Assembly (NCBI GenBank): GCA_017518295.1
Contig: JAFWVJ010000012.1
Location: 174,361-238,360, forward strand
DNA length: 64,000 nucleotides
DNA from: Clostridia bacterium
Lineage (GTDB): Bacteria; Bacillota; Clostridia; TANB77; UBA1234
Reading direction: 5' to 3'
Numbering within the stretch: position 1 is the stretch's first letter; each line of letters begins with the position of its first letter. A program made the position numbers and the translations under genes. Positions 1 to 9,414 of the stretch are shown one piece after another. The notes beneath the pieces were generated by a model. The model was not told where the DNA came from. It searched no databases and was given only the letters and a program-made list of their open reading frames with translations.

Positions 1-419
1 TTAATAATCAAATAAGGCCAAATCAAATAATGGCGCTTAGCTTATCATTTCCTGTTCTAACTGGAGATAAAGCTCAAGAAGTATTAAGAGTTGTAAAAGA
101 CAATTTGTACACTTCAAAAGGATTAAAAACATTAGCTTCTTCCGATAGTGATTATAGAGGAAGATACGAGGGTGATTCTTATAGTAGAGACACTAGTTAT
201 CATCAAGGAACAGTTTGGCCATGGCTAATTGGAGAATATGCAAAAGCATTTAAATATATAAATAAAAAGAATTTATCTATAGCCACGATTCAAGAAATGC
301 TAGATGATGGATGTGTTGGTAGTGTTTGTGAAATATATGATGCAGATGAACCAAGGTATCCAAATGGAGCGTTGGCACAGGCTTGGAGCGTAGCTGCAAT
401 TTTAACAATACTTCTTTAG
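1..419 (+). CDS. Glycogen debranching enzyme family (amylo-alpha-1,6-glucosidase, GDE_C) C-terminal fragment; 5' end outside window
   Basis: Frame is open from nt 3 into the listed ORF 30..419; motifs RPNQIMALSLSFPVL, YHQGTVWPWLIGEY, LAQAWSVAAIL fit the GDE C-terminal barrel. Confidence 0.7.
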   Translation, partial: NNQIRPNQIMALSLSFPVLTGDKAQEVLRVVKDNLYTSKGLKTLASSDSDYRGRYEGDSYSRDTSYHQGTVWPWLIGEYAKAFKYINKKNLSIATIQEMLDDGCVGSVCEIYDADEPRYPNGALAQAWSVAAILTILL

Positions 420-457
420 AGTATGTTTTGGAGTCACATTATAAAATGGAGTAAAAC

Positions 458-946
458 ATGGTAATTTTAGGAATTGACCCGGGGTATGCTATTACGGGAT
501 TTGGTGTAATTGAATATACTGGAAATAAGTTTAAGTTAATATCTAGTGGAGCAATTGAAACGAAAAAAGGAGTTCCTTTTCCAAAACGTATTCAAAAGAT
601 TTATGATGATATGATGGAATTAATTGCTCAGCATAAACCGGATGCTATTGCTGTTGAAGAATTATTTTTCAATACCAATATTACAACTGGTATACAAGTT
701 GCTCATGGAAGAGGTGCCGTTGTTATCTCTGCTGCTAAAACAGATACACCAATTTATGAATATACGCCTCTTCAAGTTAAGCAAGCTGTTGTTGGATATG
801 GAAGAGCAGATAAAAAACAAGTTCAAACTATGGTTAAAGCAATTTTAAATTTAGAAAAGATACCAAAACTTGATGATACGACAGATGCAATTGCCATTGC
901 AATTTGTCACGCTCATTCTTCTAAATTTGCTACACCAATTGATTAA
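458..946 (+). CDS. ruvC: Crossover junction endodeoxyribonuclease RuvC
   Basis: ILGIDPGYAITGFGVIEY, AVEELFFNTN, YTPLQVKQAVVGYGRADKKQV, DAIAIAICHA; size 162 aa. Confidence 0.9.
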   Translation: MVILGIDPGYAITGFGVIEYTGNKFKLISSGAIETKKGVPFPKRIQKIYDDMMELIAQHKPDAIAVEELFFNTNITTGIQVAHGRGAVVISAAKTDTPIYEYTPLQVKQAVVGYGRADKKQVQTMVKAILNLEKIPKLDDTTDAIAIAICHAHSSKFATPID

Positions 947-963
947 TTATTTAGGAGTTTTTG

Positions 964-1932
964 ATGGAAAGAGTTTATTTATTATCTGGTGATGATACAT
1001 TTGCAAAAGATGAATATTTGGATAAACTAAAAATTAGTTTTGGAGATTTAGAAAAAGGAATTAATTATTTGGTATTTGATAAAGACAATATTTCTATGCT
1101 TGGCGAAGAGTTAACTACTTATTCATTTTTTTCTTCATCGAAACTTATTGTAGTTAAAGTTCCAAAAGTAAAAAGAAAATCTGATGATGAGAATTCAGAA
1201 GGTGAAGAAAAAGATAATACAACTTCTATTGATTGGTACACAGATGATTTAGAAGATAAAATACAAAACATGATTGATGGAATAGTTCTTATTTTTATAG
1301 AAGAAGGGACTTCAAAAAGTAAATTATTTAAATTGGTTTCTAAAATTGGTAAAGTCGTTACATTTGAAAAAAAGAAACCAACAGAACTAGCATCTTGGCT
1401 AATAGCATATGCTTTATCTAAAGGAATAGTTATTTCAAAAGATAATGCTAAGTATTTAATTGAAGTATGTGGTAGTGATAAGATTCTTATTACTAACGAA
1501 ATAGAAAAACTAATCTCTTATGTTGATAATAAAGAGATTACTAAAAAAGATATTGATGATATATGTATTGTTTCTTCAGAGATAATAATTTTTGATCTTA
1601 CAGATAATATTGGTGAAAGAAATATTAAGAGTGCTATCTTGAATTTGGAAAAACTCTTAAATAATAAAGAACCAATTCAGAAGATATTAATAATGATAAC
1701 TAGACATTTTAAAACATTATTGTTAACTAAAGAATGCTTAGAAAAAGGAAAAAATGTAGAAAAAGAACTAGTTATTTCATCTTATCCTGCTTTTAAATAC
1801 TCTCAACAAGCTAAAAATTTTACTAAGCAAGAACTAGTTGACATATTTAAAAAATTATATAAACTTGACATTGATACCAAAACAGGTAATATAGATATTA
1901 AAATTGGTTTGCAAAAGATTCTTATGCAATAG
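964..1932 (+). CDS. holA: DNA polymerase III delta subunit (HolA)
   Basis: About 322 aa; N-terminal YLLSGDDTFAKDEYLDKL and C-terminal helical domain typical of HolA; ATG at 964 follows the in-frame TTG at 961. Confidence 0.7.
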   Translation: MERVYLLSGDDTFAKDEYLDKLKISFGDLEKGINYLVFDKDNISMLGEELTTYSFFSSSKLIVVKVPKVKRKSDDENSEGEEKDNTTSIDWYTDDLEDKIQNMIDGIVLIFIEEGTSKSKLFKLVSKIGKVVTFEKKKPTELASWLIAYALSKGIVISKDNAKYLIEVCGSDKILITNEIEKLISYVDNKEITKKDIDDICIVSSEIIIFDLTDNIGERNIKSAILNLEKLLNNKEPIQKILIMITRHFKTLLLTKECLEKGKNVEKELVISSYPAFKYSQQAKNFTKQELVDIFKKLYKLDIDTKTGNIDIKIGLQKILMQ

Positions 1933-1981
1933 TTCGCAAAAAAATGAAAGGAGAACGCATTAAAATAATGCGGGTTATTAT

Positions 1982-3664
1982 ATGGCTAAAAAATATAGAG
2001 ACCTTCGAGAGGTACTTAAAAAGATAGAAAAGGAATTCCAAAATGAAGTTGGATTTTTATATAAGGTTAAGGGAGATATTGTTTCTATAAAGTATGAACA
2101 ATTTGTTAAAGATGTTAAATATCTTGGTGAGTACTTTTTAAATAAAGATCTTAAAAATAAAAGGATAGCTTTTATTTCACCTAATAGGTATGAGTGGGAA
2201 GTTACTTACATGGCAGTTGCTTGTTCAGATTTAATTTGTGTTCCATTAGATAGATCTTTACCAGAACCTGAGTTTAGAAGCCTTTTACTTCGTAGTGAAG
2301 CTGAGATATTAGTATATGATAAGAAGTATTCGGACATTATAGAAAAATTTAAAGAAGACAGTGAAATAAATGTTAAAGAGTATATATGTATGGATACTGA
2401 TTTTGTTGAAGCAATTGAAAAAGGTAAAGAATTATTTGAATTAAAGAATAACAAATTTAATAGAGTTAGAATAGATGATAATGCCATGAGAATGATGTTA
2501 TTTACATCCGGTACTACAGCACAGTCTAAATGTGTTATGCTTTCTCATAAAAACTTGTGTGCACAATTATATGGAATATCATTTTTGTATCCTATTACTA
2601 AAGAAGATGTTTATTTATCATTCTTACCTTTACACCATACATTTGAATGTTCAACTGGTTTTTTGTATGGAATAAGTGTTGGAGCCAAAAGAGCTTACTG
2701 CGAAGGCTTAAGACATTTTGTTGAAAATATTAAAGATTTTAATATTACTTGTTTTGTTACAGTTCCTGCTATTATGGAGGGCGTATACAAGAACATAATG
2801 AAAGGTGTTCAAAAGAGCAAAAAGATGTGGCAATTAAAAGCTGCACTCAAAGCTAGTGAAGCTCTTAAAAAGATAGGAATAGATGTTAGAACTAAATTAT
2901 TTAAAGATGTTCATGAAAAAATTGGTGAAAGCTTAAGATTTGTTATTTGTGGTGGTGCAGCATTAAATCCAGAGGTAAGTAAAGCATTAAATGATTTGGG
3001 ATTAATAGTTTATCAAGGATATGGATTAACAGAAACCTCTCCTGTAGTATGTGCAGAATTTAGTAAATTAAATAGACTAGGATCTGTAGGTACACATTTA
3101 GAAGGCGTAAGAGTAAAAATAGATAATCCAGATGAAGATGGAATTGGTGAAATTATAACGAAATCTGATAGCGTTATGCTTGGTTACTATGGCGATAAAG
3201 AAGAGACTAATAGAGTTATCAAAAAAGGATGGTTCTATACAGGTGACTTAGGAAGAATGGATAAAGATGGCTTTCTATATATTACTGGAAGAAAGAAAGA
3301 TGTTATAGTTCTTAAAAATGGTAAGAATGTTTTCCCTGATGAATTAGAGATGGCGTTAAGTAAACTTCCAGGAGTTGCAGAATCAATTGTATATGGGGCT
3401 ACTCAAGAAGATGGAGATATTAATCTTCATTCAAAGATTGTATTTAATAAAAAAGAATTGCCAGAAGATATAGCTTCGAAAGACATATCAGAAATAAGAG
3501 AGTATTATTGGAATCTTATTAAAAGCCAAATTAATAAAAAAATGCCTTCTTATAAATACATAAAGAATGTCATAGTTACGGAAGAACCATTAATAAAAAC
3601 TACTACAAATAAAGTTAAAAGAATGGATGAAATTAAACGAATAATGGAAACTGAAGAAAAATAA
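1982..3664 (+). CDS. Long-chain fatty acid-CoA ligase (AMP-forming adenylating enzyme)
   Basis: AMP-binding motifs LFTSGTTAQSKCVMLSHKNL, YQGYGLTETSP, GWFYTGDLG, ITGRKKD. Confidence 0.85.
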   Translation: MAKKYRDLREVLKKIEKEFQNEVGFLYKVKGDIVSIKYEQFVKDVKYLGEYFLNKDLKNKRIAFISPNRYEWEVTYMAVACSDLICVPLDRSLPEPEFRSLLLRSEAEILVYDKKYSDIIEKFKEDSEINVKEYICMDTDFVEAIEKGKELFELKNNKFNRVRIDDNAMRMMLFTSGTTAQSKCVMLSHKNLCAQLYGISFLYPITKEDVYLSFLPLHHTFECSTGFLYGISVGAKRAYCEGLRHFVENIKDFNITCFVTVPAIMEGVYKNIMKGVQKSKKMWQLKAALKASEALKKIGIDVRTKLFKDVHEKIGESLRFVICGGAALNPEVSKALNDLGLIVYQGYGLTETSPVVCAEFSKLNRLGSVGTHLEGVRVKIDNPDEDGIGEIITKSDSVMLGYYGDKEETNRVIKKGWFYTGDLGRMDKDGFLYITGRKKDVIVLKNGKNVFPDELEMALSKLPGVAESIVYGATQEDGDINLHSKIVFNKKELPEDIASKDISEIREYYWNLIKSQINKKMPSYKYIKNVIVTEEPLIKTTTNKVKRMDEIKRIMETEEK

Positions 3665-3666
3665 TT

Positions 3667-3708
3667 AAAAGCTCTAAGATGCCCTATAATAAGCATTTTA
3701 GAGCTTTT
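3667..3708 (+). terminator. Hairpin after acyl-CoA ligase gene (11-bp stem AAAAGCTCTAA/TTAGAGCTTTT, 20-nt loop)
   Basis: Inverted repeat read directly; starts 3 nt after the stop codon. Confidence 0.55.
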
Positions 3709-3750
3709 AAAACGTAACATCTATGTAACATAAACTTAAAACTTATGTAA

Positions 3751-3779
3751 TTGTAAAAAATATGTAAAAACAATATAAT
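3751..3779 (+). promoter_or_regulatory. Sigma-A-type promoter TTGTAA-17 nt-TATAAT
   Basis: Hexamers at 3751-3756 and 3774-3779 with a 17-nt spacer; overlapped by TATGTAA repeats. Confidence 0.5.
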
Positions 3780-3889
3780 AATTGTGTATATGAAATGATT
3801 ATGCTTTATTTTTACTAACGATAAATCATTCACCGCTTTACTTTAGGTGTTTGTTAAGAAAACAATATACTTAAGAAAAGAAGGAGGTT

Positions 3890-3928
3890 ATGGTGACAAA
3901 TCTAAAATGGTCACCTAAGTATTCATGA
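3890..3928 (+). CDS. Possible 12-codon leader ORF (MVTNLKWSPKYS) translationally coupled to the downstream gene
   Basis: The only strong SD in the leader (AAGGAGG 3881-3887) sits just upstream of this ATG; its TGA overlaps the ATG of the 3925 ORF (ATGA). Confidence 0.3.
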   Translation: MVTNLKWSPKYS

Positions 3929-5028
3929 GCGACACAAATATTAATAATGAATATACATATGGCAAAGTTGATAGGGTGGAAGAACCACTTAAAATAGATT
4001 TTAGTAAGATTGTTGTTTCAGAGGAGACATCATATACCCCATCATTTAATGCTGGAATTATTGATTCAATAACTTCAAGCAAAGTGGAGTTTGGTAGTAT
4101 TAGCGCTGCTTATAAAAAAGATGAAGAGTATAATAATACTTTTGCAGCTACTCCAACTATTATTAATGATGCAAATTCAAATATTACTTATTTAAATACA
4201 ACTCCTTCGTTTGCAACAACACCTGCTACAGAAAAGACAGATGTTAAAGGATCTGGAAATGTTTTTGCTAATACAACTGCAAAGACAACAAGTGCTGAAC
4301 TTCAAAGAATTGTTCAAAAACTTGATAAATTAGAAAAAATGATTAACCCAAATAGTAAGAAATCACTTATTCTTTGGGAAGAAGATAATAGCTTTAAAAA
4401 TCTAATATCTTCAGTAGTTACTTATGCTAATAGCTGTGATACTACTGATGAATTTCCAATTGAGATTTATGATAGATTAAAAGCATTAAGTGAAGATGTT
4501 GAAAATCAAATAAAAGATGGTGCCGTTAAGGTAACAACTTTAAATGAGCAACAAAAACATAATACAGTTTTGAGTGAGATTCTTTCTAATGCTTATGTTT
4601 CTGCAACTGCTGGACTTCCTAGAGAAGAATATGAAGCAAATGTTACTGATCCAGAGATTTCTTCTTTTAAAGAACAACTTGCAACTATTGCAACAACTGC
4701 ACCTGATTCTGAAGAATATAAAGAAGCAGAAAAAGCTATTAAGTCTAAGATTACAAATCTAGAAAATAGTGTTCATATTACAATTGATCTTGAAAGAACT
4801 ACAAGCAAGGCAAGTGCTCTTGAATATATCAAAAAAGAAATTACTCCTGCTGTTTCTAGACTTCAAGAAGCTTATGACAAACAATACTCTGCATCTAATG
4901 CTACTTTAATTGATGGAGAGGAAGCAATTACAGCTTTGGTTGTTAAAAAATCATTCACACAAAGAATTTATGATACATTTGTTAGACCAATTGCTAATTT
5001 ATTTAAGAGAAAAAGTAAAGCTAAATAA
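3925..5028 (+). CDS. Hypothetical protein, 367 aa, T/S/N-rich N-terminal half, helical C-terminal half; no family recognised
   Basis: Long ORF with native codon usage, followed by terminator 5035-5064; no own SD. Confidence 0.6.
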   Translation: MSDTNINNEYTYGKVDRVEEPLKIDFSKIVVSEETSYTPSFNAGIIDSITSSKVEFGSISAAYKKDEEYNNTFAATPTIINDANSNITYLNTTPSFATTPATEKTDVKGSGNVFANTTAKTTSAELQRIVQKLDKLEKMINPNSKKSLILWEEDNSFKNLISSVVTYANSCDTTDEFPIEIYDRLKALSEDVENQIKDGAVKVTTLNEQQKHNTVLSEILSNAYVSATAGLPREEYEANVTDPEISSFKEQLATIATTAPDSEEYKEAEKAIKSKITNLENSVHITIDLERTTSKASALEYIKKEITPAVSRLQEAYDKQYSASNATLIDGEEAITALVVKKSFTQRIYDTFVRPIANLFKRKSKAK

Positions 5029-5034
5029 ATATTA

Positions 5035-5064
5035 AAAAGCATCATTTATATGATGCTTTTTTTT
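5035..5064 (+). terminator. Rho-independent terminator (AAAAGCATCA-loop-TGATGCTTTT + T-run)
   Basis: Perfect 10-bp stem and T8 run read directly. Confidence 0.75.
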
Positions 5065-5118
5065 ATTCGTTATTATATAATTATCTTGCGTTTAGATTAT
5101 GATTGAAGGTGATTAAAA

Positions 5119-6465
5119 TTGAAGAAATTTTTAAATATATTATTAAAAGTATTAGCGGCTATTGCAGTATTAATTCTTGTATTTGTTGTAATAGTTGTTT
5201 CATCAAATAGCCAAAAAATTCCAGATATTGTGGTTTCTAATAGTTCAAATGCCACTATTGATGCTCTTAGAGGTAATTATTCTTGGAACTCTTTTTCTGG
5301 AGTTTTAAATAAAGATGACTATTCTAAAAATGATTTTATTTATAAGAGCGAAAACACTTTACTTGTTTCTCCAAATGAAAAAGTAAGTATTTACAATAAT
5401 TACAATACAGGAATAAGGCATAATTTTGAAGAAATTGAGTTTTCTTATGAAGATATTAATGGCAATGCATATAATGTACAAAGTACCATAGATTCAGATG
5501 CTTATAAGAATTATACAACTATTGAGTTTTATACTCCTCAAAACGAAGGAACTTATTTATACTTCATTAAACTTGGTTATTTTGAAAAAGGTGAAGTTGA
5601 ATATAGCTTTAAAATAATAGTTTCATCGGAACCAACTTATAACATCCTAGAATTGGTTAAGTATAAAGACTCTTCAATTTATGATATTAATAAAATTAAA
5701 GAAATTGTTTCTAAGCTTCCTTTTTCAAATGGTATAGTGAATTATATTGTTAGAAATAACAAATCAAATGGCTTATATATAACATATGATGAATTACAAG
5801 CTAGTAAAACAAGCTATAATAATAATGCTATAGCATTACTTGCATTATTTCCTGAACTTGATTTTGTGGAATTTAATTCAAATACATTAAATTACAGATT
5901 TTCTAGAGAAGAACTTGAATTAATACAAGGAAGAAGTTTATTAGATTATGTAGATAATCCTAAATTATGGGAATTAGAAACTTTTTATAAAGAGAAAAGC
6001 AATGATAAAGAAAATACAAGATATGAAGCTTATTTAAAAATAATACTTGATACTTTAGGCTTATCTTCTGGTGATAAAGTAGATAATGTTGCAATAGATA
6101 CAGTATCTTTTGAAAAACAAGATAATAGTATCTTAGATAATACTAATTCTAATAAGCTAATAAATGCTTTAAAAGACTATTCTAAAGTTATTTATGATAT
6201 TTCGCTAGACGAGTATACAAATTTATATGCAAACTTTGGATATATTGGTGCTGATTTATATTATACAAGTGGAGACTCATTTATAGATAATGGTCTAGAT
6301 GGTCTTGAAATGTCAAATTCAGGTGATATTAATACTAGCGGAGATATTATTAATAGTGAGGAAATCCCTATTAATATTATTTACATAAATGGCAATAATG
6401 AAACTCATAAATCATATTATGCAAACTATAATGATGGTTCATGGAGTATAAATTTACATAACTAA
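5119..6465 (+). CDS. Membrane-anchored extracytoplasmic protein, possibly DUF4825-like central region
   Basis: TTG start 7 nt after GAAGGTGA; N-terminal signal-anchor KVLAAIAVLILVFVVIVV; segment LVKYKDSSIYDINKIKEIVSKLPFSNG...LYITYD resembles DUF4825 from memory. Confidence 0.5.
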   Translation: MKKFLNILLKVLAAIAVLILVFVVIVVSSNSQKIPDIVVSNSSNATIDALRGNYSWNSFSGVLNKDDYSKNDFIYKSENTLLVSPNEKVSIYNNYNTGIRHNFEEIEFSYEDINGNAYNVQSTIDSDAYKNYTTIEFYTPQNEGTYLYFIKLGYFEKGEVEYSFKIIVSSEPTYNILELVKYKDSSIYDINKIKEIVSKLPFSNGIVNYIVRNNKSNGLYITYDELQASKTSYNNNAIALLALFPELDFVEFNSNTLNYRFSREELELIQGRSLLDYVDNPKLWELETFYKEKSNDKENTRYEAYLKIILDTLGLSSGDKVDNVAIDTVSFEKQDNSILDNTNSNKLINALKDYSKVIYDISLDEYTNLYANFGYIGADLYYTSGDSFIDNGLDGLEMSNSGDINTSGDIINSEEIPINIIYINGNNETHKSYYANYNDGSWSINLHN

Positions 6466-6538
6466 TTTATAATATGTTTTTGCATTTAAGTTAATAGACA
6501 AATAGCATATATTAATGTAAAATCACTTATATTTAGAT

Positions 6539-8524
6539 ATGGAGAGAGTTGTGATTATGGTTATTCATATTTTAATTTATTGGTTATTATGTTTATTTTT
6601 ATTAGTTCATCTATTTAGAAAGTTTTTAAAGACAAAGAATTTTAATTACTTTTGTATATCTTTAATACAACTTGTATTTATAATTGTTCAAATTGTTTGT
6701 CTTATTTTAAAAGTCGAAATAGATTTATTTATGCAAGCTATAATTTTAATATTTAACTTCATTTTGCCTATAGTTGTATTTACTTCTGATTACTTTAAAT
6801 CAGACTTGGATGAGGTTATTAACTTAAAATTAGGAGATCATTATGCAAGAAAAGGCAGATATCTTAAAGCAATAGCTAAATACAAAACAGCATTAACTAA
6901 AGATAGTAATAATGCTGAGACTTATGCAAAATTAGGTAGAATGTATAAGTTAAGCGGCGATAGAAGAACTGCTTTTGATAGATTTGCCAAAGCTCTTGAA
7001 CTAAATAGAGATGATTACAAATCGTATTATGAAGTTGGATCTATATTTAACGATATGGGTAAAACTGATGATGCTAAAATTGTTTTAGATAATAGTTTAA
7101 GAATTAGACCTGATTATACACCTGCATCTGAATTGTTGGCAGATATTTTGTCTAATAATGAAAACTATGAAGAAGCTATTACTGTTTATAAAAATGCTAT
7201 TAGGTATGATGAAGAAAACTATGATTTGTATTACAATATGGGTGTTGTTTATTCTAAAATGAGCAACTTCGATGACGCTGAGATGTGTTACAAAAAATCA
7301 ATCGAGATAAATCCAACAATGTATTCGGCTTATTTTGGATTAGGCCAAAACTATTTGTTGTTAAATGACTTAGATAATGCAGAAAGCATGTTTAAAAAAG
7401 CAATACCTGGTAGTGATACTATGGCTAAATCATATTATCAAATTGCCAAAATTGGTATGCTTAGAAAAAATGATGTAAAAGCAATTAATAATTTAAGCTC
7501 TGCTATTGAAGTAGATAGTTCTTATAGAGAAAAAGCAATGGAAGAGCCACTATTTAATAGCATTAGAGATTATATTTTAGGTATTAGTGCGATTAAAGAA
7601 TCAAGTGGAAGCGCTTCTTTTGAATTATCAGAAGATAAAGTTAAAAATGTAACTAAGAAGATTTTTGATATAGAAGAGGAAGAAAAGAATTCTCAAAGAT
7701 TTAGTTCTAAATTTGGCTTGGATGATGAATTATTCTCTGATGAAGAAGAAAAACAAGAAGAAGCAAAAGGAACCGAACAAGAAGAGAATTATTATGAGGA
7801 TGATTACATAGATAAAGAAGAATCTAATGAAGATGAATATCAAGATATAGAGTATGATAGTCATTTAGATGATGAAAAAGAAGATGATGAATATACTAAA
7901 CTATATAATGAAACTTTTCTTAAGAATCATAATGATATGACTGAAAAACAAATAGTAAGTAAATCTTCTTATGATGATAATAACGATGATGATAGCGATG
8001 ATGAAATAGACTACGATCAAGAAATTCAAAGAAATCTAAGCAATAAAAAGGAACATAAATTCTTCAATTTTGTTAAAAATGTTTTTGGTGTTAATTCTGA
8101 TGATGAAGATGACGAGGATGAAGACATTGAAGATGACGAAGAATACGATGATTATGATGAGGTTAAAAGTACGGTTAGAGTAATCAGTGATGACGAAGAC
8201 AATAATAGTAATAATCTTAATGATGAGGTTGATATAAACAAATCTGAAGATATAACTACAAAATCAGAAGATGAGTATAATCGTTATGAAGATAATTATT
8301 ATGCCAACAACGATGAAGATAAATATGAAAGCAAAGATGAAGATTATTCAAAAACAAATAGTATAGACTACTATGAAGAATTCAAAAAGCTTAAGGAAAT
8401 GGAAGATAAAAAAGCTGTTAGATTAAGAGAAGAAGAAAAATTAAGAAATAAAAATGATAGTAAAGAGATCAAGGAAGATGATGAAGTAGTTAGCTTTAAC
8501 TTCCTTGATAGATATAAAAAATAA
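6539..8524 (+). CDS. Membrane-anchored TPR-repeat protein with about 290-aa poly-acidic (D/E-rich) C-terminal tail
   Basis: Three N-terminal hydrophobic helices, then several 34-aa TPR-like units (AETYAKLGRMYKLSGDRRTAFDRFAKALELNRDD etc.), then D/E/N low complexity; alternative start ATG 6557 has better SD spacing. Confidence 0.7.
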   Translation: MERVVIMVIHILIYWLLCLFLLVHLFRKFLKTKNFNYFCISLIQLVFIIVQIVCLILKVEIDLFMQAIILIFNFILPIVVFTSDYFKSDLDEVINLKLGDHYARKGRYLKAIAKYKTALTKDSNNAETYAKLGRMYKLSGDRRTAFDRFAKALELNRDDYKSYYEVGSIFNDMGKTDDAKIVLDNSLRIRPDYTPASELLADILSNNENYEEAITVYKNAIRYDEENYDLYYNMGVVYSKMSNFDDAEMCYKKSIEINPTMYSAYFGLGQNYLLLNDLDNAESMFKKAIPGSDTMAKSYYQIAKIGMLRKNDVKAINNLSSAIEVDSSYREKAMEEPLFNSIRDYILGISAIKESSGSASFELSEDKVKNVTKKIFDIEEEEKNSQRFSSKFGLDDELFSDEEEKQEEAKGTEQEENYYEDDYIDKEESNEDEYQDIEYDSHLDDEKEDDEYTKLYNETFLKNHNDMTEKQIVSKSSYDDNNDDDSDDEIDYDQEIQRNLSNKKEHKFFNFVKNVFGVNSDDEDDEDEDIEDDEEYDDYDEVKSTVRVISDDEDNNSNNLNDEVDINKSEDITTKSEDEYNRYEDNYYANNDEDKYESKDEDYSKTNSIDYYEEFKKLKEMEDKKAVRLREEEKLRNKNDSKEIKEDDEVVSFNFLDRYKK

Positions 8525-8541
8525 TAGGAGAATAAATTACA

Positions 8542-9387
8542 ATGGATAAAATTATTGAGTCAGTTTTACTTGGAACAATTCAAGGCGTTACAGAGTTTTT
8601 ACCAATATCTAGTTCTGCACATTTGAAAATTTTCCCATGGCTATTTAATTTCACAGAGATTTCTGAATCTTTTGAAATCGCTTTACATATTGGAACGTTA
8701 TTAGCTTTAGTGATATTTTTCTTTAAAGATGGAATAAAGTTAATTAAAGATGGCTTTATTAGACTATCAGTATTATTTTCTAAAAAAGATATTGGCGATG
8801 AGCAAAAACAAAATGGAAATTTATTTTGGTTTATTGTGATTTCTACAATTCCTGCTGGATTATTAAGTTTGTTACTAGATAAAATATCTGATTATATTTC
8901 TGGACTTGATTATAATGCGGAGGCTATTAGTATTGCTATTGCATCAATAGTTATGGGTTCACTTATGTATATAGCAGACAAAATTTCTTCTAATAAGAAA
9001 GAATATAAGAATCTAAATTTTTTAGATGTATTTTTAATAGCTGTTTCTCAAGGATTTGCTGCTGCTTTTCCTGGTGTGTCTAGGTCTGGAATAACAATAA
9101 CTACTGCAAGATTTAGAGGATATAATGCAGAAAGCAGTGCTAGGATATCATTTTTGTTATCTATTCCTATAGTTGCTGCAGCTGCTTTAGTTAAATTTAA
9201 AGACTTTGATTTAACATATCCTATACCATTCTTTTTAGGTATATTTGTTAGCTTTATAGTTGGATTGGTTGTTATCAATAAGCTTATGAATTATCTTAAA
9301 AATGGAAATTATAAAGTATTTGCAATTTATAGAATAGTATTTGGTATTTTAATATGTTTTGCAATTTTAATTAAGATTTTTAGTTAA
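8542..9387 (+). CDS. uppP: Undecaprenyl-diphosphate phosphatase
   Basis: GTIQGVTEFLPISSSAHL and FPGVSRSGITITTA motifs; polytopic, 281 aa. Confidence 0.9.
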   Translation: MDKIIESVLLGTIQGVTEFLPISSSAHLKIFPWLFNFTEISESFEIALHIGTLLALVIFFFKDGIKLIKDGFIRLSVLFSKKDIGDEQKQNGNLFWFIVISTIPAGLLSLLLDKISDYISGLDYNAEAISIAIASIVMGSLMYIADKISSNKKEYKNLNFLDVFLIAVSQGFAAAFPGVSRSGITITTARFRGYNAESSARISFLLSIPIVAAAALVKFKDFDLTYPIPFFLGIFVSFIVGLVVINKLMNYLKNGNYKVFAIYRIVFGILICFAILIKIFS

Positions 9388-9414
9388 GTTTTTAGTTCTT
9401 AGGAGGCTAAGATA

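Noticed and set aside
624-848. Nested or antisense ORFs from the six-frame track that lie inside strongly conserved genes. Examples: 624..848, 2206..2487(-), 4574..4762, 9048..9278(-), 9798..10091(-), 12814..13035(-), 22856..23176(-), 41625..41936(-), 47554..47955(-), 52035..52472(-), 56980..57288(-).
   Set aside because: Each lies entirely within a gene whose product shows clear family motifs. Their translations are low-complexity (I/L/S/F/K-rich), as expected from alternative frames of AT-rich DNA, and none has an SD.
7650-8524. GAT/GAA-rich repetitive DNA considered as a tandem repeat or array.
   Set aside because: It is continuous in-frame coding for the acidic tail of the TPR protein. 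There are no regular unit lengths or spacers.
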